Source of the DNA: Klebsormidium nitens
Lineage: Eukaryota; Plantae; Klebsormidiophyceae
Direction of reading: 5' to 3'
Assembly: GCA_000708835.1 (NCBI GenBank)
Contig: DF237187.1
Location: forward strand, 84,995 to 131,858
Length of the DNA: 46,864 bases
In this document: piece after piece, positions 13,358 to 23,052 of the stretch
Layout: each line of letters starts with the position of its first letter
How positions within the stretch are numbered: the stretch's first letter is position 1
Program-made: the position numbers and the translations under genes
Notes under the pieces: generated by a model
Told to the model about the DNA's origin: nothing
What the model saw: only the letters and a program-made list of their open reading frames with translations
Database searches by the model: none

Positions 13358-15236
13358 TCATCTGAACTCGTAACATCCAAAACTATGCCCATTGCGCCCC
13401 TCGGTGGTCGCTCGTAGCTCGAGCTGTTGGTAGGGGCTGCTATTTGGGTCGTAATAAAACCCTCGGATCGTTCCGTCAACCCTGGAGAAGCACAGGTAGT
13501 AGAACCCCGCAATCGTCAACCCGCAGTCGGGACCGACGTTGACAAAAAACTTCTCCTTCCATCGCATGTACACATGGCTATGCCGTGCAAGGTCAATGCC
13601 CTTCCCGCCATCCCGGTTGACGGCCTCTCTGAGGGGCGCGAAACTTGGAAACCGCGACCAATGCTTGAGGTCTGTATCGGGGTTAGCCCAGTCTTCCGTG
13701 AAGAACGTGTGGTTTATGTTGTCAATGATCTCGCCCTGCGCAAATGTCAAAAGGAGGAAATTACATGAGAGGGGAAACATTAACTGTTGCATAAACAATC
13801 CCCCAACAAAAGCTTTCCTTTTATTGTTGCCTCTCAAACCTCCTTGCTGTTGCTCGGCCAATCATAATCTGATTAGTGTGGGCGCATGTGGGTACAACCT
13901 GCGAAGGCTTAACCAGGGGCAGTTGATTGTACAGATCAGTCAACTTCAGCGGGAATCAGCAAATCACAAACGTGCTGCATAAGCGCAATCGAGATATCTG
14001 TGACTTTCACCGCTAACCACCTTCGTCCTTCAAATTTATGGGGCACGCAAAATTGAGTATGCCCTCTCTTATCCTAATGGTACGCTCCTAGGCACGCGCT
14101 TTCTCTACAGCTTCTTTGAAATACGGCCTTCCAAACAAAGGGAGCCCTTAACGAACAGCAAAGCGATCTTCCAACGATCGCTTTAACAAAATCCCGACCC
14201 AGAAGCAGTTGACGAATCTGGGAGCAGAAAGTATGCATGCTGTTTAGTCAAAACATTTCAGGCATTTTATTCAGCTGGTGTGGCAGGGGCCTTTGCACTA
14301 TCTTAACCCGTAGCACACTCTTTGAGCAGCCAAGGCACTGAAGAGGATCTTATCCTAAGTGTTTAAGCAGAACCCATGTGTACAGAGCAAACCAAGAAAC
14401 TTCTCCGCTACTGCGAAGTAGCTCAAGCGGTGCGCTAAGGGATGGCTTGACATTGGCTCACAGCCCCTAACCTTTTTTGCCACCAGACTAAAAGGACTGG
14501 AAGGAACCTTCTTTGACCAAGTCAACAACAGCAAGCACCACGCTTGGGGAGCACCGTCCTACAAGGCGCCACTTCCATCGCTGACCCATGAGTGCTGTGC
14601 GGGGCGTCAACGCTTATTCACAACAATCAACAGCCAGAAGCAACAGGTGTTGGCTTGAAAAGGGGCCCCAAAGGGTCTCAGCCGCTACTGACCACTCGAA
14701 ACCTCCTAAGTGTTCAAGGATGTCACAGATTCCTGTAAGATCCTGAATCAACAGTTTCTTCTTAATCAGCTGAATGAAGCCTAACAAGCGCCCTCCGCTT
14801 TGACGGCGCGGCGCAATTTTACTTCGATAGCTATACTCCAATGCACGCAAGGTTACATCCTATTTTCACTATCTATGCACGCGTAGGGACTACCTCTCCA
14901 ATATCCACTTTGGAAAAACTGGAGATCCAAGTGTGGTAAAAAGCCTCTGAACATATACAGTCTCCCAATCAGAATTGTCTGCTTGTCAAGAGCCCACTGG
15001 CTGCAAGTGCGACTGACCTCCCAGAACGTGACCACCGAGCTCTCCGCTGCTGGCACGTTGAGCGCCTCCATGCTCCCACACAGCGTTCCATGGCGCAGGT
15101 CGCACCCCTGGATGCGTACGTGCACTGTCCACCGCTCCTCTTTCATTGCCCCGCTGTGGTCGACATTCTGTGTGCCGACAAAAGCCTGCCCCACGCTCAA
15201 CAGCGTGCAGGAGGGGGGGCTCGTCCTGCTTGGCAT
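13358..15236 (-). CDS. GID4: GID complex substrate receptor GID4 / VID24 (vacuolar import and degradation protein)
   Basis: Exons 15236-15018 and 13735-13358. Translation includes GQAFVGTQNV, W.V.V.IQG.DL..G.LCGSMEALNVP, VVTFWEGEII, HWSRFPSF, YMRWKEKFFVNVGPDCGLTIAGFYYLCFS..DG.I.GFYYDPNSSPYQQLEL, matching plant GID4. The start is uncertain because an in-frame acceptor lies 9 nt upstream of the ATG, so a further 5' exon is possible. Confidence 0.93.
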
Positions 15237-15907
15237 CGCGGCCCCCTGAATAGTGTATCCAAAAGATGTCTAGAACTGTGCCATATTCTCGGATCGGACA
15301 AAACGCGAATTTGATATCAAAGGCTGCGATGGAGACTGCTTCCGTCAAAATTCGTCAATCTGCTTCCGCAATCCATGCCGCCTTGCGCATCGGAACGTGA
15401 GCTCAGGGACTGGAACAAGGAAAGGTGAACCTTGAAATTGAGATAGAATGGTGGAGCTCCAGCTCGTGCAGGCTACTTCCTCCTGCCACCATGCTGAGCT
15501 GGAGATTACAGTAGAATCGTCCAAGCTCGTGCACAGCCTGAATCCTGCGGCGGCAGATGAGCTGCACATCTAATTCCTGCCTGCCTCCTGCAGTACCTAC
15601 TGCACAGTGGTTTTGAGTCTTTCGACTCGTGTGCGCGAGTGGTCCCCGCGGACCAGAATCGAATTAGCCTAGGCTAGGGGTAGGATAGATCGAGGGAACA
15701 TTCAAACCGTCGATGATCTCATAGAATCAACCTTTGACCGTCAGATCAAACTTCTGACACCGAGTTCTAAGTCCAGAAACTGAGAATCGTGAGATCCAGC
15801 TAGAACGTGGGGCCTGCTTGGCACTTCGATTCTGGGTCAGGTGGCGCAACAGTCTGGTAACTAAAAGATTGACTTACAGCGGGATGACTTATTAGATTTG
15901 CACCCGG

Positions 15908-16013
15908 GGGACGGGCGGGGTTAGCATGGTGGTTAGGGTGGGTTCGGGTGCGGAGCGGGTGATTATCTGGGTTAGGGTTTTTAGTTTGTTTGGTCGGGAC
16001 TCGTGAATCTTAA
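15908..16013. repeat. Dispersed ~80-100-bp repeat, copy C, upstream of GID4; contains a telo-box-like TAGGGTTT (15973-15980)
   Basis: cgggcggggttagcatggtggttagggtgggttcgggtgcggagc aligns to cgggcagggtgtgctaagggggttaggtgggtacgggtgcggagc at 4681. Confidence 0.6.
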
Positions 16014-16029
16014 GTCACTCACCCGTTAA

Positions 16030-16558
16030 ACCACCACCCGCCACCTATAAATTCGGCCGGGATGCCGGCCGTCCTCAGAACTTGAACTTCTCAAGAGAAG
16101 TTCAAGTTCTCTCATGGGGCGCAAGCTTTTGGCACTGCAGAAATGGCTCTTGCCTACCTTATTGGTTGGCCACATCATGCTCTTTGCTGGCGGTGCCAAG
16201 CTCAGTCGCCACATAGAGGCCTCAAGAGAGGGCGCCCGTTTTTACAGCTCTCAAAACGAGCTAAAATAGCTCCTATAAGGCAACCGCACCATTCTTGCGC
16301 TTACAGGCCTTGTTTTTGGACGTTTTTGAAGCTGGAAAAAGGAGCGCGTCCCAGCGGGGCCTGTTCCAGGCGAACAAGCTTGACACCGCCAGATTTGGTG
16401 AAGATTTGATGCTGCAATTGCTTGCGGGAGCGGCCATTTCAGTGTTCAAAATGATGCGCCCCACGGTCGCAGTTTGAATTTCACGATTCAACGACCGTTG
16501 GCAAATTATGCCACGTCAGCATTTTAACTTTGCCCGATTATAAATCGTGGGTGGTGGT
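16030..16558. mobile_element. Non-autonomous TIR element (MITE-like, 529 bp) flanked by TTAA
   Basis: Left end: TTAA(16026-16029)-accaccacccgccacctataa. Right end: ttataaatcgtgggtggtggt-TTAA(16559-16562). The 21-bp termini are inverted repeats with 17/21 matches and the first 10 perfect. No recognisable coding capacity. Superfamily is uncertain: a piggyBac-like TTAA target, or a TA target with a TIR one base longer. Confidence 0.65.
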
Positions 16559-16838
16559 TTAATTAAGTCACCCCGGATTACCAGTATTGGCGCAACTTCC
16601 TAGCATCGAGATCCTCATCTGCTGCCCTGTTTACTCTTCTCTTTTGACTTGAGGGAGCAAGCAAACTGGCAGTGGAAAGGTTTTGTGTGCCTTCCTTCGT
16701 AGATTGTCAAAGGTAGTGCGGTGCCGCTGCCTGCATAAAGTATTCTGACGCCCCTCGTATGAGCACATATTAACGGTTTTGTCAGGAGAAAGTTCATGTG
16801 GTTTGGGTTGAATTCAAAAGGCGTTTTGGTCTGCCAAG

Positions 16839-19800
16839 ATGGGGTCAGCGGGATTGGCGCTGAGTGCTGACCTCAGGGTGCTGCCTGTTGGCCCACAACC
16901 GCCAACAAGTCTTCCTCAGCATGTCAAAGCAACAGTCCCGTTGTGCAGATTGAGTGCAAAGGGGCATGGCCCTCAATTGCTGACCTGCAGACTGGGGGTC
17001 CAATTAGCAAGACGAGCAGGCTCAGTGCTAAGTTGTAGAGAAAGCACAAGACTGAGCCGGGGGCCCCTTTTGCCAAACTCTTTGGGAAGCTTCTCGTCAA
17101 GCATGGCAGGGCGACAGCTGAGTGGTCCCATAGCAGGAGTCTTAAGGAGCAAGGCCAGGCACAGGGGCTGTGTTGCCGCAGCACCGGCAAACATAGTGCA
17201 AGGAGCAAACATCGTGAAGCCTGCCATTGCTGTTGCTGGGACTGTTCTTGTCAGGTGAGCGAATCGGTCATTGCTTAAGCAAGCAAATGTTGATGGGGAT
17301 CTTCGTAAATGTTGCTAGTAGCGCAGGCCTTATTGGGGATTTGGAATGGGTGCAAGGACTTGGGACCCCCCAATCCCGTGTAAGTGCGATGATTCTGTGT
17401 CGCAGTTGAAACCAAGCAGAATGTGTAGATGGTGCTGTTTGTGTAGCCACAGAGGTTGTTTCATTTTTGATGAGTTTCTGTGTAATCTGCCGTTGTCAAA
17501 TTAGGGTTTGCATTTCACTGCAGGATCCCCCCTCCTATCTTGATTCCGTCATGCATTGCGGTGATTGTCTATGCTCTTATGGGGCTGGAAGGGCTTGTGC
17601 GGTGGACGCGCAACCGCTGCAAGAAGGTGAGCGGTGCTTCACATGTTGCACTTCCATATGCACATTAGAACTACTTCCTTCATGCTACCCTGTAGTGGGC
17701 GCAAATGATGCATTGTGCCAAAAAGTGCTCAAAAGTTAAGGCTTCCCTTAATCTGCCACCTCTTCAATGAAGCTGTTAGCTTCGCACTTCATCTGTAGCT
17801 GGACTGACTTGACCTTCTACCGTAGCCAGGGATGTTCATTTTCTCAAGAGAAGAGGCTGTTGATTGCAAGTAGCTTCTTCTTCTCTGAGTTTTCTTGGTT
17901 GTTAGGATGTGAACCAATTACTGCTTGGATCTGTTTTAGTTGCTCAACCAGCCAGAAGAAGTGCCGGGAGAAGACAACTGGTCTAGCAGCCGCGTCCGGA
18001 AGTATGTGCTGCCCTACATCAAGCCTGTGGTCATCTGGGCCGCTATCTTTGTTCTCTGCGGGTAAGCCACAAGTGCCCCCTTTACTTGGGCCTCCACCAC
18101 CAGTTGATCCTTGTGGTTCAGCTCGTTCAACTGCCGCGTGCGTGCAAGCTAACAACAGAATTGTCCTTGAGCTCTGTGCTAGCTTGAAAGCATGGTTGCC
18201 TGAGGTCATTCCCCCCTTATGTCTAATGGACAAAGATCAGGGTTTCTTTTTCAACAAGCCCTAAAGAGAAATTGTCTCCATTGTTTATGCCGTAACTTGG
18301 GTGTTAAGAATGTGGCTTTCAGCTTGTAATGTCTTTTCCTGGTTGCCAAAAGGTGATCATGATGTGAAACTTAACTGCCTAATCATTGAGGCTCTTCCAT
18401 TCTTGTTGTGCAGTGCCCTGGACCGGCTTCCAACCCCTAACCTCCTGAACAAAGTCAAGTTGAAGGCGGTCAATGTGGTTCGCGTGTTTGCCTCCGTATT
18501 CAGCGTCACTTACTGCATCACTGTGTAAGTCCTGTCCGTCTGACACTCTCCCATTGCTTGTGAGAGCCTGTTGCTTGTGAGAGCCTGTTGGAAGCACAGA
18601 CGTTGGTGTAAGCATCTGACTGCAAAGTCTCGAAGCCTTTGCCTCAGCTCTGCTTAACTATAGTTAAATGGTTTTCTGTGGTCAACTTCACATTCTACGC
18701 CAACCTCCAATGTTGCACGTTTAGAGTTCCAGTACTGACAAATCGATAGGGTCTACAAAGCTGGATTGAGATAAAGCACTTGGTGGAAAAATAAGAATCG
18801 GCCAACAGCTTCTCAGGTTGCATTTCTGATTATTGTCCTCTATGTTCTTTCAGATTGATCCAGCACATGCAAGCGGTGGTTTACAAGCCTGTGGGGGCCA
18901 ATGAGCAAGTTGGCAAGGAGCTCGTGATGCAAACCATCGAGGCAGCCATCTGGTTCCTGGGCTTTGCGCTTGGGATGGAGCTTCTGGGAGTGGCCTCAAA
19001 TAGCTTCATCACTGCCGGAGGTATTGGGACGCTGGTCTTCACCTTTGCGGGCAAGGAGGTGAGGGCCTTTGATACACTTACCTTCCTGTTGCTGCTCGTT
19101 GTATTAGTGAGGATGCAGGAAACGGGTTTTTCGGAAGGAAGGTTGCGTGCCAGGATGATCCAGTGGGGAATTGCTCCATTCCGAGACACAAGCTTCTGGC
19201 TCCGTACACTTTTGGTCTGGTTCTCTGAACTGTTTCAGTTTCAATACAAAGAGCTCTGGTATCCTCGGAGAGCCGTCGCTTGTTTGATGACCACCTGTTC
19301 ACATGAGTGGGTTCCAAGCGCTGAGCGATTTGGCCTGACTTTCATTCCAGTCGGCAAGGCACTGCTGTAGCTTTTGAGAAGGACGAGCTTCGTGACAGCA
19401 CAGTGCACGTGGTTTCCTGCTTGCTGATTGCATTGGCTCCGTATCCGATCATCCCGACCGTGAAGATCAGATGTTGTACGCTTTAGACACTGAGGATCTT
19501 CATCGGTCGCGTCTAAGCCGAGTGCACGAGCAGACCAGACCTCTGAAAACTTCCCTGCGTTTTCTTCAGATCGTTGGGAACGCTCTGTCCGGGATGACCA
19601 TCCAAGCCACAAAGCCGTTCACCGTGGGGGACTGGATCTCGATCATGGTCAACGGCCAGTTCGTGGAGGGACACGTAGAGAACATGGGTTGGTGGCAGCT
19701 GACGCTCAAAACGTTTGAGCGGGAGAGCTCGCGCATCGCCAACCAGCAGGTCATCAACAGCGTCATCACCAACGTGACGGCCAAGACGCACTGGCGCTTC

Positions 19801-22800
19801 AAGTCGTACATCCATCTGTACTTATTCACACCGGAGGAGCAAGTGCAGGTGAGGGTCTATTTCAACAGCAGTTATGTCGACAACTGAAGTACGTCACGTT
19901 TGTGGAGCTCGTGAATTTCTTCCATAGCCAGTAGGCTCATGTAAGGGCCTACTGTTCAAATTACTTGACGAGTCTGCCTTTCAATCCACGTTCCTGTCGC
20001 CTTTCTTTAGTTCCCATTCAAATAATTTATTGTGAGTTATTTATCCTCCTCGCCCTGTTGAGTATTTTTCTGTTTTTGCGACCTTCTCGTCTTTTTCCGG
20101 CCGTTCCTCGTTCTTGTGGTTGGCGTCTCCGGAATCGCCCATCTTCCCTCCCCCAGAGAAGCGTGATGGACTTCGTTTTAGCATCTCTTCATTTTCTCTT
20201 TGCTCAACGTCGCTGAGATGCGCTGTCCCCTCTCCCCCAGAAAATCGTGATGGACATCCGGAAGCTGCTGGCGGAGCATCCCAAGATCGAGCACCGGACA
20301 CTGCATCGGCGCGTCTTCTACGACGGGCACAACATCAGTGTCCCTTCCAAGGACGTTCTCGTCTCGTGCTACTTCCAGACGCGCTGGCAAGAGGAGTACT
20401 CCAAGCTCAAGGTAAGGAGACAAACCGGGAGTGCGTGGTCAAAGCTGTAAGGTTATCATTATAAGTGCCGCTCATTGTTAGGTCGCGGCTTTCTTCGTCT
20501 ACGGAAACTTTCTCGAAGAGTTCACGAAGGTTGCCCGAAGAGTCTGCAACTTGTGGTCGGTCCAGAGAAGCATTCTCGATCAGCGGCAAAATATCAAGGG
20601 TTGCTGACTTGTTGCCGACTCTCTTCAAGATGGCTGAACCATATCTTTCTTTCAATCCTTCTTCAGGAGGAGCTCATGTACGAGATAGAACGCATCATCA
20701 GCCGGCATGGCTCCCGCTACGCAACCCCAATCCGAACCCACGACTACACGGCCGGCAGTACGCCACCCTCCATGAGTACCTCACCTTACGACTCCCCAAC
20801 TCAGCGGCTCTTTCTCGCCGAGATGACCGTCTACAAGAATCCCTCACAAGACGCTTCCAAGCTGGGCGTGGTCGACGTAACGGCCAGTGCCGCAACCACA
20901 GTGGACATTACGACGGCAGCCGTGGTGGACGTGGAGGCTGAGGTTCGCCGCGTAGCCGCGCCGAAAAAGCAAGCTGACGTCAGCACGGTGGTTCAGAACG
21001 GCGCTGAGATCAACAAGGATGAGCCCGCACCTGAGGTCGGCCAGAACGGCGCGGTGCCGAAGGTGGCGGCTGGCGCCAGTAACGAGCACCCGGTAACGAA
21101 AGCTGGTGAAGTCAGCAATAGCGACGTATCCTCCAACGGGGTTGCTGACGTTACCAAGGAGGGGGCGTCAATGGGAGCTCAGGCGGAGGCCGCAGTCGAT
21201 CGGGAGAAGGCTAGCATGGGGAGTGGTAGGAGGTCAGAGGCTGATTCGGAAACTGGGTCTAATACTTCGGACGGAGCAGAGAACGGCGCCTTGGAAAAGG
21301 AGCTGGCAGACTATTTGAGGCGGACCAGTAGCCCAGGGAGGACGAGGGGTGGGGGCGACGTCGACACCGCTACGAGAGGCCACTTGCACTTCTCTGATGC
21401 GGAGGCCAAAGTGCGGGGTATGGTGAACCAGCCTCCGGTTACCGGCTTAACCCTGTCGTCCCTCCAGTACAGTACGCCCGAAGAAGCTGCCGCAGCAGCC
21501 GCTGCGTTTTCGGCACAGGCGGCAGAAGCGGCTGCGGTCGCAAGAGAGCTGCTGAACCGGCTACAGTGGGGTGAAGCTGCGGGCGACTTCGACCCCCCGG
21601 AAGAGTCGACCAGCTATTCTGGGACGAGGCCCTCAGAAAGGGGGCATGCGCGGTGGCCCAAAGTCACCCCCCTCGACGTTGATTCCGGCTCGGGGGGAAA
21701 GAGGAGCCAGCGGATGGAGCCCTTGGGGCCGCGGACAAGCGATCGACCAGAGGCGAGTTCGTCCCCGAATGGGATATTGGAGCCGAACAGGGAGGTCGAG
21801 ACCATGAGCGACGTGCCATACCGGGGTATCAAGGAGGCGTCCTCGCCAGGGAGGGAGTGGGCCAAGCAGTACTTTGCTGGTAAGGCTCCAAAATGCGCAG
21901 AGATGGATTCAGGCCCGTCTGGTCTTTTGCGTAGTGTTTGGCAGACAATGCTTCTTAGCCGCCTTTGATGTGCACGGCTTGCTGCAGACGGTTTGAGAGC
22001 CCTGATTTTGCACCCTTTTTGCAGACGTTGTGGTAGCTTCATGCTGAGTCGCATCAGAGAACGGCCTCTGTAATCCAAAGATTTGCCTGCCCCACACTCC
22101 TCCCTACTCGCAGCCCATGTTGTAGGGTGCCAGCAAAAATATCTGGGCGGTTCTGGTATGGTCTGCGGTAGGTCTGTCTCCGTGTGGCTGATATGCCCAG
22201 GCGAAGACTCCATCCTTGCTTCAAACAAACGTCTTCAAGCTACGGCCGCTGTTTGGTTGTCGTAGCCTATCTCTTCTCGCTCCCCAAGCTTTCCGTTCTC
22301 TACGAGCTTGCATCTTTATTATGTGAATTGAACATTGATTTGCAAAGGCTTTTTTGGTTGATGATAAAGTATCAAAATCCTGAACCTTTTCCTGTGCAGG
22401 CGACCGGCAGGCCGCCCGAGGCTTTACGGCCGTCTCCGAGTTTGAGCACCTGCAGGATACAGACGAGGAAGACTTGCGGGTGTCCGAAGCGGACGCTGTC
22501 GACGACCTGCGTCCGATGTCCGAGGAAGAAGCGTCGGGCTGGAGGCAAGCCGACTCGGGTGCCGCCACCACTTCCGGGAGCAGTGGTGCGTTCCACGAAG
22601 GCGCGAGGGTTGACGGAGGGGAGAGCGTTCGGAAGGGCCCTGTTGGCGGCCGGGGCGACGCTTCGGCAGCCCAGCCGCAGTCAAGAACGGACTCCGGGAC
22701 AGGGCCCCCGAAGGAAAAACTAGAGGGGTTGGAGACGATGGGGCTGAGCCGGAGTGATATCACACTTTTGGGGATCGCAATTGACAAGACAGGGCGGCAG

Positions 22801-23052
22801 TCCGCGGTCCTGGACAGCGCGTTTGACCCATCAGTCTCGCCAACACAGCTGGCGCAGCGGAGTCCCGGGGGGACGAAAGGGCAGGGCGGGAGCCCCATTG
22901 AGAGTGGAAATGGCAAGCAGGGGGGAATTCCGTCTGAGGACTTGGGCCAGGAGAAAGGGGAGAAAGAGCCGGCGCCTGTTTTGGTCGGAAAGGAAGGGGC
23001 CCTGCCGTCTGGAGCCAACGCAATCCCACCAGTGACCGAGCAAATGGGATAG
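16839..23052 (+). CDS. MSL2: Plastid MscS-like mechanosensitive channel (MSL2/MSL3 type) with a long disordered C-terminal tail, about 1086 aa
   Basis: Nine exons: 16839-17254, 17524-17626, 17952-18061, 18414-18524, 18854-19058, 19570-19848, 20241-20411, 20667-21879, 22400-23052. All GT-AG and phase-consistent, 3261 nt. Motifs: ITAGGIGTLVFTFAGKEI, ATKPF.VGDWI, VEG.VE.MGWW, KTHWR, DIRKLL..HPKIE...LHRRVF, RYATPIRT, and a late TLLGIAID motif. Transit-peptide-like N-terminus. Confidence 0.92.
18554..18590. repeat. 17-bp perfect tandem duplication in MSL intron 4
   Basis: ttgcttgtgagagcctg twice, plus ttg. Confidence 0.85.
20141..20175 (+). repeat. Degenerate echo of the MSL exon-7 acceptor junction
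   Basis: ttccctcccccag|agaagcgtgatggacttcg versus the real tcccctctcccccag|aaaatcgtgatggacatcc 84 bp downstream (15/19 exon-side matches). Confidence 0.7.

Noticed and set aside
20475-21968. 497-aa stand-alone ORF from the track
   Set aside because: It is MSL exon 8 extended into flanking introns. Many other track ORFs are similar read-throughs or antisense shadows of GC-rich exons (e.g. 22221-23018, 28971-29414, 30246-30587).
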